From assembly GCA_002269645.1 (NCBI GenBank), contig NIVC01000572.1, positions 413,309 to 477,308 of the forward strand: DNA of 64,000 nt, read 5' to 3'. Positions within the stretch are counted from its first letter, which is position 1. Each line of letters starts with the position of its first letter. Source of the stretch: Macrostomum lignano. Lineage: Eukaryota. Made by a program: the position numbers and the translations under genes. The notes below the pieces were generated by a model. It did not search any database and was not told where the DNA came from. It worked only from the letters and a program-made list of their open reading frames with translations. Of this stretch, positions 47,326 to 61,144 are shown piece after piece.

Positions 47326-50300
47326 ATGACCGTCTCCCAGGGCATCCACTGCTTGCAGGTCAACCTGCAGCACAGCATTGCTGCTTCGGTCAACCTCTTG
47401 AAGCACACTGACCAATACGCGCCAGGGATTATCCTTATCCAGGAACCTTGGACACTAAGGGGCAGGCCCCAACATGTCCCCACCGGCTACCAGTGTTTAA
47501 CCGCTGGCACCCGGGAGGGAAACCTGACACCAAGATCCTGCATCATGGTGTCCAGTTCTCTTAACGCATGGCTCAGATCGGACCTGTCCACCAGGGACAT
47601 CTGCGTCATCCAATCTGAAGACATACTCCCTGGGAGGACTACTCTCATCGCCTCGGTTTACCTACCGGGCGACGGCGAGATGATCCCAGGGGAGCTTGTC
47701 ACATTGGTCGAGCTTGTCACATTGGTCGAGCTCTGCTCCACCAGAAATTAAAGCTGCTTGTGGCAGGCGATATCAACGCCCACCATACCCACTGGGGCAG
47801 TTCTGATATTAACCAGAGAGGTGAAGACTTCCTGGCTTATATTGCTACTACAACCCTTGAGTTCTGTAACTCGGGTAGTACCCCTACCTTCAATAACGGA
47901 CGCCGATCGAAGGTGCTCGATGCCACCCTCCCCACGCCCAGGCTCTTCCAGAGCACTAGGGAGTGGCGGGTGCTTCCTGAGGCGTCCCTCTCCGATCACA
48001 AGTTCACCTCTTTCACGCTAGCCAGTGCCCGAAACGCAGGCCAGCTTTACTGGAAACGAAATGCTAGGAATACCGACTGGACCGCCTTCAGGCTTGCCCT
48101 GGAGGAGACCTATCGCTGCACTAGCGCTCCAGTCTCCATCAACACCTGCGAGGAAGCAGATGATTTTGCGGCCGCACTTACGGACTCGTTCACTGCTGCC
48201 TTCGAAGCCTCATGCCCACTAAAAGCATATAAAGGCAAACAGTCGGCCCCATGGTGGAATCCGCAGCTTGGCGACCTCCGTCGCAGAGCCAAAAGGCTTC
48301 ACCGTAGAGCCCAAAAAACTCAAAACCGGGCCGACCAAACCGCCTACCTGACGCTATCCACGAATTCAAGAGGCGGGTTAGGAACGCCAAAACCAACAAG
48401 TGGCGCGAATACTGTGAGGAACTTGAGAGCTCCCGCCCCACCTCCAGAATCGTTAAAGCCCTCACCCTGGACAAAATGTCCAAACTCTCCTCAGTCAAGA
48501 GAGCCGACGGCTCGCTCACTGAGAACCCAGGAGAAACACTGGAAGAAAAACAGCGTTTTTCCCGAACGAGCCAGCCAGGCCCGACCCCCCTGATCACTCA
48601 ATGGGCGGTCACGTACTGGCTGACTCAATCATCACGGAGGACCGCGTTACTAAAGCAGTCTCCTCCTTCAAACCCTTCAAATCCCCAGGACCGGACGGCG
48701 TTGTGCCAGCCTTCCTGCGAGAGGCGGTGAAATGCACCGGTTTCATGCGGAACCTTTGCCGGCTTCTAAAACCTTGCATTGCTCTCGGCTTTGTTCCGAA
48801 ACCCTGGACCGAGGCCAAGGTGGTTTTTATCCCCAAGCCCGGCCGACCGGTCTACTGGTCCATTAAATCCTTCAGACCAATTAGCCTCACCTCCTCACTG
48901 GTGAAGCTGTTAGAGAGACTGGTGCTCTGGCGCCTCCTCTCTGTGGAACTGAAGAACAAGCCGCTCAGTGAGAACCAGCACACCTTTCGGCCAGGCAGGT
49001 CCACGGAGAGTGCGCTTCATGTCTTGGTTGACATGCTGGAGAAAGCCGTTCTTGGTAATGGCTACGCTCTCGCTGTCTTCCTCGACATTGTTGGAGCCTT
49101 CGATAATGTCCTCTTTAAGGCTTTCGACAGAGCTCTACGTGCTAGAGGAACCCACTCGCACCTCACCCGGTGGATCATGCACACCTGTTGGGCCACCAAC
49201 GGACGGTAACCATTTGCAAAGGCAGCCTCCAGGACGGTGTCCTCTCTCCAGTTCTCTGGAACATGGTCATCGATGAGCTCCTCCCGGACAGCCATCTTGA
49301 CCCCATCCTTAAGGTCGGTTACGCCGATGATGTCACAGCCGTGGCATCCGGTCCGTCACCTGAAACCCTTAGGGACCTTCTGCAAAACTTTATTCGTTCT
49401 GCTGAATAATAGGCGGACAGGTGCGGCCTCAGGCTCTCTGAGACCAAAACTGTTGCGATCATGTTCACCAGCAGGGTTAACTGGCGTATTCGCCGACTAA
49501 AGATTTACGAGGTGGAAATCCCATCCTGCAAGCAAACCAAGTGTCTCGGCGTTACGCTGGACCACCGGCTGAGCTGGTCCACCCACGTCCAGGCCAAAAC
49601 CAAAAAAGCCCTCGCGATTCTTGCGCAGCTGCGCAGAGCCGTCGGCACCACCTAGGGCCTCACCCCGAAACGGCTCTGGTGGATCTATACCGCAATGGTC
49701 CGACCGGCCGTTACTTACGCCGGCCTGGTCAGGACCAGCGCCTTGCAGATTAAAACCTGCCACGAAGCCCTCAAAAAGGTGCAGGGACGTGCGTGCCGCA
49801 TGATCCTGAATGCCCCGCTCTCTGCTCCCTTTGACGGCCTTAACGCCTTTCTTTGCCTCCCGCCTCTGGACATCTTTGTCCGTCGCGAGGCTGCTAAAAC
49901 CACCCGCCGGCTCATCGAGGCTGGCGTTAGCTTCAAGCCACAAAGAGCGATGGCGAAGCGCAAGCTCCTGCCGCACTCTGACCAAAGCCTTAAAGTTCTG
50001 GAGGAGAGTGGGAATGCGGCTGTCCTTTCGGACGCTGAGCCGCGCTCCCTCAATCTCTACCAACGCTTCAAGGTCACTATCCCCTCTAGGGAGAACGCCG
50101 ACGACAGCTGGGCCCCTCAGAAGGTTTACTGCTTTACTGACGGATCCTCCAAAGACGGTTTATCCGGCTTTGGAGTCTGCATCCTTATCAACGGCCGCGT
50201 GATCGCTACTCACGCCCAACACACTGGCAGACTCTCCAGCGTCTTCCAGAACGAAGTCCTTGCCATCAGCTCCTGTGCAGCTGAGCTCCACTGCAGGGAC

Positions 50301-51013
50301 TTCAAGGACAGAAGAATTTTCTTCCACTCTGACAGCCAGGCCGCTTTGCAGGCCCTGTGTCACACCACTACGAACTCCCGAACAGTCCGCGACTGTATCG
50401 GGCAGCTCAACAAGCTGGCTCGGAGGAACACCGTCCGGCTTACGTGGATCCCAGGACACGCCGGCTTCAAAGGTAACGAGCTCGCCGACTCCCTCGCTAA
50501 GGCAGGCTGTTCCGGCTCGCCCCTTGGCCCCGTGCCCCTGGCCCCCATCCCCGCCACGGTCATTAATGTCATATTAACGACTGGGCGGACATCCTGCACT
50601 TGCGCAGATGGGATGGTATCTCCAACTGCCGCCAATCTCGTGCGGCAGTGCCCAATCCGTCCCTCAAGCTGCGGAGAATCCTTTTGAACCAAAATCGAAA
50701 AGATATCCGCGCTCTCACTATGACCTTCACAGGTCACGGTTGCTTTGCCAGGCACTGTTTCCTTTGAAGTGCCCGCCGGAGCGAACTCTGCCCTTTCTGC
50801 AACCTCGAGAACGAAGATGCCAAGCACTTCGTCTGCTACTGCCCGGCCTTCAACCGAGACCGGCTCAACCACCTCGGGCCCTACCCGTCCCTGGACGACG
50901 TTTGCCGGCCCGAGAACACCCCACGGCTCATCCGGTTCCTCCGGGCCACCAAGCGAGCCTCCGTCTTCCCCACCGAAGACAACGCTGCAGACAGGACCGG
51001 CAGACCTCCCTGA
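47326..51013 (+). pseudogene. LINE ORF2: APE endonuclease, RT, RNase H, zinc knuckle; multiple frameshifts and stops
   Basis: IQEPW, AGDINAHH, SDHK; PGPDG, FRPISLTS, LDIVGAFD, QDGVLSPVLWN, YADD; FTDGS, NEVLAI, SDSQAAL, WIPGHAGFKGNELADSLAK; CPFC-x8-H-x4-C. Confidence 0.9.
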
Positions 51014-52497
51014 CCGGCCCCGCGCCCTAGCCTATGCGGGTCTTTCAGGGATTAGCGGAATGGGCGACGCTCGCCTTCCCGCTGCGACTTCGGACCGCCC
51101 TGTAGCTAAGTAAGTGGCTAAGTAAGTAAGTGGTTTGTATCTAAGGAACACTGGAATGTTGTTGTTCTAGTCTAGTAGTCCTTTTCTCGTCTTATTTGAA
51201 GTGAACTCGCACAGTACAGTTACATGTAGATCCATTGATCATGCCATTTTGATATCATTAATGCTTAATTATTTTCAGCTAAAAAGGCAATTTGATTTAC
51301 AGACGTGCTGTTGCTGCAGATGATGTAGAATTAAAACTGAAGTTCAGAATGATGCATTTATAATTACGCCCCTTTTGACTATGTAATTCGTATGGAAGGA
51401 CCTCTGTATATAACGTGGTCCTTGTGCGTGCATGTACATATGTATATTCAATCAGTTGTACAAATTATAATTTTCAGTAGTCAACTCGTTGAATCAGAAA
51501 GGGACTTTGTAATCTCTTCGTATGCATGTACGTTTCTTCGTACTTCGTATCTATGACATCCTTGACCTTGCGTACTTTTACGTTAGTCGTCCATATACTG
51601 CATGTATCGGTAAAGCAACTTCTATCCGGAGTCTACATGACAATAGCGCTTTAGATCAATGTTGGATCAATTTGAACTGAAAGCTAGCTCGAACCGTTAA
51701 CATTTGGCATCTTAAAACTGCTTTCATACAAATGATGCGCACAAACTGGCCAATAAGAATCATGCTAAAAGGGCTGCTGCCGCTGTTTGCTTCTTTTACA
51801 CTGGATACATTATGTACAGGTACATGTAGTAGTGCTTATAATTTGCGAATTTTTGCTAAGGATTGTTACAAGGCAAGACTCCAGCTGATGGAGTGCTGTA
51901 AACTGTAACGTAAAAAGTTTTTCATGCAGATCAGAGAGGCAAAGCATGCAGGTTCGCTTATTTTTCTGGCCAGCATTCCCTCACAATAAGATATATATGC
52001 CTTACCCATAGCCACTTTTTAGTCGAAAACAGTCTTCGACAAGGCAGAATAAAGTTTTTTTATGCAGAATTTCTCTGCACACTCTGAGGAAGGTCGGCTG
52101 TACTCTTGTACATCGCTTGCAATGCAGAAGCCGCTCACGCACTGGAGAGCATGACGCAGACAGACCCGAACACGCCTGGCCAGCTCCGCCCAAAAAGACG
52201 CCCTTGCGTTCCAGTCTGCAGCCGAGCCTGTGGCCTCTTAATTGTGTTGGCAATGTGCTTTAAACAAACTTCTTTATTTAGCCCGAGAGAGTCTTTTCTT
52301 TGCAAGACTGGGGGCAACTTCTTTCACTGCGTCATGCGGCGCCCAAGTATAGAGGAATAGAGAGGAAATGCTCAACATTTGGCATGCAAGTCTTAGACTA
52401 TTCCAGTCGCGTCTTTGTTAAAATTAAAAAAAAGAACTGAAGAATTTCCCAACGTGGCCGGCAGCCGAAATCTTTGACCTCCTCCTTCAGACAGAGC

Positions 52498-55400
52498 ATG
52501 CAGAAGTGGGTGCACTACAATTCAACTGACTTGACGGTGAACAGTCAAGAGTTTCGTCACTCAGATAGTTTGCAGCCTGCGATGCAGCTTCGCAGACAGC
52601 CAACCAACTTCGCTGATGCTCTGGACTCCTCTGAAGGAGAGGACGGCAGGCCAGACTTGACTTGGCCGCGGGCGGCCAGCCAGCCGCAGCCGCACTGGCT
52701 GATGAAGCCCAAGACTGAGCGGCAGGAAGAGCAGCTTGATTGGCGGGCGCAGTCGCTAGAAGCATTGAGTCTAGATGAGCCGCCACCGCCTCCTCCGCGC
52801 TGGTCCCGAGGCAGCAGCGGCGACAGTTCCGACAGCACCTGGTACCTGGATGCCGATTCGGCTTCCATGCAGGATGCAGTGTCTCCGGCGACTGAAGAGG
52901 AAGGCGAAGAAGTGGATTCAGAATTTCTGTTTGTGCCGCAAGGCAATGACAGCAACCAACAGGAGCTGAAGAGCATTCAGGAAATTCTGCGGGAGGGCGG
53001 CAGCAGCTCATTGTACTTCTCGTCAAGCCTGCCCAGCAACGGTCGCTGCCTGTATCCGATTCTGGAGGAGAGCTCGGACGAGATATCCGACGCTACCGCC
53101 ACCGACGATGAGGTTGACAACGACGCAGTGTTCAAACAAGACGCCGAGAGTACGATTGCAGATCTTGGTGGATTTCAACTCCCTCATCAGATTCAAGCTT
53201 CAGGTGAGAAGCTCTTGCCGATGATTTTTTAAGCTTCTAGCTTCTTCTGTCTCTTATGCACTTTACTTGGGGCCGTACCTTTAAACAGTACCTGATAATT
53301 ATATGTATGCTTGTCTACTTTTGTCTACCCTTTTCTAGGAATGCGTTTGATTTGCGTAATTTCACTTTAAATTCCATTATACGCTTGTATTCTCCAAGCT
53401 ATGGCATTGTCCCCGACATTACGAGCTAGGTACAGATATCAAAGAATGTTGCTACAATCGAGTCGGGAAATTATTAATTACGAGTACATAGGCAGTGGCT
53501 TGGCCAACGGTATAAAATTGGTTGGTTTGTGCTCCCGATCTCCATTCAATCGGCGAAGAAGTTCAACCCACCCCACTCCTCTTTACCACGGGAAATAGTC
53601 CCCTCCTACAGGAGGGCGAGAAAACGGGAAAGAAAAATGCAGAGCGCGTTTACTCACATGGATAAGAGAGGGAGAGACGGTTTAACTGGGACGCCCTGCA
53701 TAGTGTCGAAGGGCTGCAGGCAGCAGGGTTGCTCTAGAATGACACAGCACACCGCGTGCGTATATCAGCGTTAATCAATAGCTATACTGCTTTTAAATTT
53801 GGAATGGTCCAGACATAAGTTTTAGATTCCGCAGAATTCAAAGCTTTTCTTTCAAGTTAACGCCATTTTGTTTTACTAAATACATTTTAACTTGTCTTCC
53901 CGCTCTGGTCGGTAAAAATCGTGTCTCTTAGCAAATTTCATGTATTTAACGCATTTTAGAAAAAGCCGTATCAGAAGACGAAACAAATAACGAGGTACGT
54001 ATTTGTGCATGTGATTGCAAAATTTAGTTCAAAATTTAACTCGTAAAAATTCCTTCAATGTGAAACATTCCATCGTTCTATAGGATCAACCAAGCGACCC
54101 CGGATCGTCAAGATCCACTGCTAATTCAAGTTCAGATTCAACTTCAACTTCAACGTCAACTTATTCATCTGAGTCTTCTGAGGCATCTGTGGATCTTGAG
54201 CAGCAAGCTCCGACTCAGCAGAAGCCAGTGCAGCCTGAGCAGCCTCAACAGCTCCGAACAGAGGAAGACATGCGCCGCTGGAGTCTGAGGCTGCAGCCAC
54301 AACAGCTTGACGCTATCGCGGAGGCTGAGAGCACCTCATCATCCTCATGTTCGGAATCCGATACTGACGAAGCGCCAGACGTGGACGGAAGTCCTTCTTG
54401 TCAAGATGAAGCAACGAAAGGAACAGTCGCGTTGAAGAATAATCGGGATGCGAGCGTTGGTGAGTTGCTATACATGCAGCACTGAAATCATTTCCATTCC
54501 TTTTACGAGCGTATACATGCATCTTCATCCCTAATTGTCATAAAATTCCAGCATCCGCATCGGTGTCCGCTCAGGTACGAGTGATTGCTTCATCCAAGGC
54601 TGAGGTTCGCGACACCAATGATCAACCAACTGGGGACGAGGCGAGTGCCGTCACAGAGGCAACAGGCGCCACTGTCAATATAGCGGTCGCCAGAGCGGCA
54701 GCTCGAGCGGCCAGCATTGCCACATCAACTGTGATGAGAAACGGCGGTGGCGTTAGTCGCTACCGAATTCTGATCTCCACCCAGTGCGATGTTGAGCCCC
54801 AGCCGCAACTACCCCTTGCTAGAGGTGACATCAATGACGGTTGGTGCCAAGCTATAGAAAATTCGCAGGGTAAAGGCCACTCGTCTAACCAGAGTGCATC
54901 TGGAGAGCACATACTCAAGCTTCTTCCAGGCTCGGCCCAAAACTCGCTGACCGCTCCTAATCCTCAAACGCATACAGTAGTGACGGAGGAGCAGCTGCTT
55001 GTCACATCCTCGGCAGTTGACATCCCAAAGCCTGAGATGTCTGTCGAGAGCGCCTACATAGAATCTTCAGGCGATGAAGAATCAGCGTCAGAGACTGACA
55101 CTACTGAGAGCGAAAATTTTCAAACATCGGAAAGCGACTCTGGTGCGGTTCAACCAACGAAAATTCGAGCGCAAACTACCACTTATCGCTCAGTTCTGCA
55201 GCAACAGCTTAGTGAGGCCGAGTCAGCGTCAAACCTCAACCATTTCAGCAGTTCTAATCAACTGCAGTCGGACCAAGAGAGGATGCGACGAGCTAAGGAT
55301 GTGTTCCTCAGAGGTCGCGACTCACTCTGGGAGCAATTGTTGGACAGAGGGACATACCAAGCAAGCTTATCTACGTGTACCAGACAAGAGCCCGTCGAAA

Positions 55401-58400
55401 GACCGAAATCCAGAAGGAACAGCGACGGTAACCAAGGATATGACGTGTCTACTTTTGCACATTCTTTAAAAGAAATACTGGATGATAATTTAGTTCGAAA
55501 TTCGCAGCAGCAGAAACGCAGACTGCAAGGTTGTCGATCTACAGATCTTGACAAGCTCGATGACTTAGACTGCGAGCAAGAATCACACCCTCATACTATC
55601 GTGAGTCTTCTTGAAGCCCAACCAGGCCAATTTAATTCCGTTTCACTCTTCGATCTTTCTAGATCAGCAATGGATAATATTGGCTCGGTAAGTAGTTTTA
55701 GTCCATCACTAATGGAAACAAATATTGATACGGGTGAAGAGACTTATCATAGTGTTGTCAAGGAGACGGATGTGGATACACTGCTGCAGCCTACAATGAT
55801 TCAGTCTCCAGGAGCCATAAAAAGACGTTCTCGGAGTCTGCTAAACCTCACTGGCATAGTAGATAGCCAAGACCGCGAGTCGGCAGCTGAGACTGGCGTA
55901 GGTAACGCAATTAGTCGGTCAAATTCCAAGCGCAAAAGCCAGAAAAAGAAGAAAGAAAGAAAGAGCTTCATTGAGCGACTAGAAGAACGGGCAACAACCG
56001 ATACAGAAAAGGAAATTTGCCGATCTTTGTCTCGACTCCGAATTCCTCCATGGATGGACAAAGTGCCACTCAATGGATGCAGTAGTGCTACACCGGAAAC
56101 TAGTAGTAGATACTCTAGGCAAAAAGATGGGACTTCTCATGCCAGCATGAGCACCAATGACCTTGCTATCTCAGCATCTTTGAAACCGATTCAGACATCG
56201 GTCGAGACGGAGCCAACGGAAACCATCATAGACTCTCCAGTCGAAGTGGAAGAGAGCTACTTGAGACCGATTATTCTTCCGACGAGCGTGAGTTTGCCCT
56301 GTCTGCTTGCGGTGCGACCGGAACAACTGAACAAAGACTTAACTCCTGGCTCTCAGAATCAGCCAGTTATCAGCAAGCCTGAAACGAAGGGATAGCCAAG
56401 ACACGCAGTGAGCTACTTCGCGAAGGCCAGGAAGTCAGGCGACAACGTCTAGTCGAAATTCAATCCCGGATGCACCGACCATCGTTGGAGCCAGTGACTC
56501 TGACCCCAAAAGATTTTGTGCCTAAAGAATCAGACACATACTCCAGAACAGAAGCGAGAAGCCAGCAGGAGCAGCAATCGTCAGCTCGTGCCAATGAACT
56601 GGCTATTGCTGCAGCGTCCATTGCTCCATCGACACAAGGAGCTTCTCTAAGCTTTGGAACGCGCGCTCCACCACCATTGCCGCCAAGAATGAAACTTGAG
56701 CCAGGCGCAACTGCTCGTGATAGCGCTTCTATTGTCAGTACATCAACTGGAGACTCGCGTGATAAGACCCCTCACCAACCTCTAGGTAACTTCGTATTTG
56801 AATCTCCTCCCCCACCACCTTCACGATTGTCCGGTCGTGCAGAGGCAATCGCAATTGCCTCAGCCGCGATAGCTGCTTCGACAACGACGCAAACAAACGA
56901 AACAAACCACTTTCCACCAGCACCACCGCCACCACCGCCAAGAAGTCCGGTGGCACAAAGAATGTCAGACAGAGATAGGGCATTGGCAATCGCTTCTGCT
57001 GCTATAAAGTCGATGGTGGGGCAACCATCCAGCGAAGCAGGTGACGTGCCCCTGCCTCCTCCTAGACAAACATTAGCACAGTTTCTTTCTCCAAACTGTC
57101 AGGAAAACAATTCTACCGTTTTTGAGGGGACATCAAGATCGCACATGAAACAATCCGATTATGGCAGAGCAGAAGTTTTAAATGAAACGCCACAGACGAG
57201 CAGAGACCGACAGCAAATTAAACCATCCTCACCCCAGGTTCAGTTGAATCGCCAGGCACAGAAACAGGACGATTTGCAGCATGCTCCGGCCGTGCAGGGT
57301 TTTAATCAAGCACCACCAAGTATTCACATTCAAAGTGAACCTGTGTCAAGCAGAACCGATCAGCTTAACGGGCTTCCAACGCATTCAGTGTCACCGCAGA
57401 TGGGCAACCGACATGAGAAATTACCATCCATGATCGAGCAGAATGGTAATGACGGCAGTCAAACAGAGTTTAATGGGCCAGTCAATAACTTTGACAGTAA
57501 CTCCAGCAACTCTTCTCATTCATTTTACTTTGAGGCCCAAAACAGCCCGTCAGCAAAGTCTTCGCCGATTCAAGAATTAAGAATTAACAGCCCAGTGCCT
57601 TCAGACTTTTCACGCGTCAGTCATCCATCCGGTAGCGACAGAGCTGTCGAGGAGAGCACGGTGGTGCAAACTTCAGTCGTGTATAGACGCATTGTTCGGC
57701 AAACGGTTGAGTTTTCTCGAGACAAGTCTGAGCACGAGAATGTAAACTCAGGCAGCGCAGAAGCGGCACCAAATGCTTTGGCTGGCGTTATTTATTGCCA
57801 GACCGAACCGGACATTGGTAATGAAGAAGAGCAGCGTGAGCTTCTGGCATTGGTAGACAGCCAGCTGGAACAGTTCGGAGAATCGCTCGCTGAACTTGAG
57901 AAGGGCGGCTCAATCGCGTCGGCAAGTACGGGGAGATGATTTCAGCCCTGGTGGCAGCCAGAGATGACAGCGCCCTCATCAACGGCGCTTCTTTGTCCAG
58001 CCTGTTTGGAGATAACTCAGTGTCTCCTGGAGCAGCCTGCCGTCGTCTCCTCGTTGACTGGCTCTTGCGGCGTCCGGAAACGCATCGTCGATTGGCTCGA
58101 CTGGCTCAAGCTTCTCATCGATGTCTGGGCCGCGGTTGCGTGCTCCTGCTATTCAACGTCGGCAGCGATTCCAGGGTCAGCCATCTTCAAAAACCGCCAA
58201 TCTACACGCCAGTTGAAGAGCTGCTCGAGTCTGCTTCAATCGGAGAATCCGTGGATCTTAGGGAAGCTTGCGCCGCCTACAATCCTGAAGACGAATTTGT
58301 TGTGTCTTTAGCCATCGGCGCGGCTCGTCTCTGCGCCCGTCTCGCGGCTGAGCCGCAGCGAGCGCAAACTCCGCAACCGCCGCCTAGAGAGCGCAGGCAG

Positions 58401-58727
58401 ATGTTTGTTGCCAGCCTGCGGCGCTCACTTCGAGACCGAGGCGTCAGCCTGCGTCATCACTACCCGGAGCTGCACGACCTGCTAGACGCCTATGCCGACA
58501 CCGGCGAGGCTTTTGCGCCGGTGACAATTCGACCAGTGGACGCCGTCAGCGGTCAATCGTTTGCCTGCAGCATCGCTGTGCCCTCAGCCGAGGACGGAGA
58601 CTGGTGGGCCAGCGAGCACCTGTTGGGAGACCATCCGCAAGTGTCTGCCTGTCCGCAGTTTGACAGTCGCTCGGATGTGAAAACGGAAAATTGTGGCAAT
58701 AAAAAGGTTATCTCCACAGAACTGTGA
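52498..58727 (+). CDS. ajm1: AJM1/ajm-1-like apical junction protein (~1764 aa after repairing two frameshifts). Exons 52498-53203, 53960-53994, 54084-54459, 54552-58727
   Basis: C-terminal block GRGCV...YNPEDEFVV...RGVSLRHHYPEL...AY...F.PVTIRPVD..SGQSFAC.I matches the AJM1-family C-terminus as recalled. Phase-compatible GT-AG junctions. Long Ser/Glu/Pro-rich N-terminus. Confidence 0.75.
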
Positions 58728-61144
58728 CTCAGTGATGATTCAAGAAGTTTGTCCTTGCCAGCTTGAATATTTGTAGGGATGCTTTTAAAATTGCAGGTAC
58801 ATACAGTGTCGTAGTACAGATGTTATGACTTTTAAAAATCATTGAACGGCTTTCCAATGTTATTTTCGACGGTAAAAATATTTACGAATTAGGTCTTAAA
58901 ATTGCTATAAGCGCATATTAATACATATATACTCGTATTAATTTTTTCAATAGACTTAGTTTCGATGTAAAATTTTTAGTAGACTTTCTTTCTTATGAGT
59001 TTTCCTGCTCAGTTGTAAACTTTAATTCTCATCTATTGCATTCTGAACAGCAAATACGAATCAAAGCACCTTCAAAATGATCTGGCTGTGTATTAAAATA
59101 TCAATGATGATTTGAAGTCCATGTTTTTCCTCGCTACATACTACTGCAAAATGGAACAGTAGACAGTTGGGAGCATTGTTTCGAACTTGTTGAGAAGTAT
59201 GGAACTGCGATAAAAATACAGAAGCTGTTGCACTAGCGAATGATGCTTCCTAATTCTCTGTGCAATTTCAAAGCCCCAGTGCCCTTCATCCAGTCAAGTT
59301 CGGGCCTGCATGATTTGCCATTATTTACTAATCGAATCGAATGTTTATTAATTGCAGAAGCCAGCAGATCCAGCTTTCATGGGAAATCTGATGATGGAAA
59401 AAAGCAACAATGGAAGCTCGTCAGTTAGCCTAAATCAACACAATGTGAGAGGCATGGATAAATATCCAAATTTTCCCTCATTTGTACTCATCTTTTATTA
59501 AGCGGGAGCTTTCTCTGCTGAAGAGTATGCCAAAGCCAGTGCACCTGAATTGAACTGGAAGAGCAACTGCATAGATGCAGGCATCCAGCCTCCATCACCA
59601 TCCCGCTCCCAACTCATTCTGTTTCCTCTCTACCCAGGCTCCATTGTTCTTCATCGCGGCCCCTCCGATGCAAAGAGTGGCTGAGCTAAAGCGGAATTCT
59701 GTGCCCCCAAAAATTACCGTCCGACCAAGAAAATCACCTGGCTGCTACCTGCCGCACCACCGCTGCCGCTGCTGCTGCCAGGCCCGGGCTCCCAGAAGAA
59801 AAGCGTGCTGTACTCAAAGCCTCTCACCTGGGGTGCGCAGCTGCAGAGCCGGTACAGGTCGGAGTGGATTGGGACTCTGAGAAATGAGGGGGGAGGTCGC
59901 CTTTGTCTCGCCTATTCCTCACCAAGTGTACAGTGAGAGGTGGGGAAGAAGAGGTAGGGGAAGAGAGTCTCGGCTCTCGTAGCAGGGTCGCCGGACCTTC
60001 TGTTCCGCAAGAGATGCAGCACCTGCAGTGTGGCAGGTATTGATCGCCTGGGAAGCAGATAGAGCTGAGCAGGAGGAGTGGAGTTGAGCAGAAGTTTAGG
60101 AGGTGCTCACACACGCCAGTGGGAGCGCAAAGTTTTGTTGAAATAGGATGAGGGTGTACAGTTCTCAAAATGAAATTACTGTTTAAATAAGATTTCACGT
60201 AGAGAGATTTGCGTTGTTTTTAAGCGACTTTAATAAAATGTGATGGAAACTAAAAAGTATGTGCAATGAGCTGCGGCTTACACTTGTTCTAAAGTATTCA
60301 AGAAGTTTCTGAGTTGTTTCATTCCATTGTTAAACACTTTCTGCCATGGATGCAGTAATTCTCCCGTTTTTAACACTGCTTAATTGGTACATGTACATGT
60401 AATTCTAATCGAGTATTCGAGAAATGGCCTTTCAAATACATGTAGCCTCTACCCGGACACGTCCCAGGAAAAATTGATCGATTTGAAGAGAAGTTTACCC
60501 TACTATATTGCTGCACTCAAAAACAAACTGTTTCTTGCTGATTGGAGTCCTGTTCCGTAAGTGCTTCGGAAAGTTGATATACTGGATATTGAACCACAGC
60601 AAACGGCTTAGAATTTAGATCTGTGAAAGATTGAACCGGTGAACGCTTGCCGGGACGCCATCAAGGACTTCTGTTAGCTTTTGCCAACCTCAAACGCAAT
60701 GTACCTCTTGACAGCAAAATGTAAATTTGCTCTCAGTGGAATGCTATCGACGGTGCACTCTTAGATTTGCAGAAATGAAAATGACTGACTATGCAATTAG
60801 GATCATTCAACTTTTGCATTCAGAACAGTATTACGAGGACAATGTAAAGTGGAATTACACTTCAGTTCAGCAACTAGAGCGCGCCGTATATATAATGTAA
60901 ATTTGAATGCACTTTTGACCAGCAACTACGACTAACTGAAAATCAAGCTGACATGAAAAACTGGCTGAAGTAGTCCTGCAAAAACGTATCTCGTACCGTT
61001 TCCTTCATTGTTTAGCAATTTGGCGATCGTTATTCGCATTTTTTATGCAGAACAATACATTTCTACAAACAATGCATTGTTTTTAGGATCGTCAAACAAT
61101 ACCGGCGGCGCTCTACCGGCGCTCGCCAGACAATCGTTGTCACG

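Larger units (their letters stand above)
46238..51131 (+). mobile_element. LOA/Lian-like (R1 group) non-LTR retrotransposon with RNase H, 5'-truncated, decayed
   Basis: 8-bp TSD GGTTTGTA (46230-46237, 51132-51139), (TAAG)n tail, ORF1 remnant and ORF2 APE-RT-RNH-CCHC. Confidence 0.88.

Noticed and set aside
56288-56356. Candidate 69-nt intron (gtgagt...ctcag) as the explanation of the first AJM1 frameshift
   Set aside because: Length is a multiple of 3, so it cannot change frame; it may still be a real intron.
59575-60198. GC-rich stretch with short ORFs on both strands
   Set aside because: No recognisable domain or consistent exon structure.
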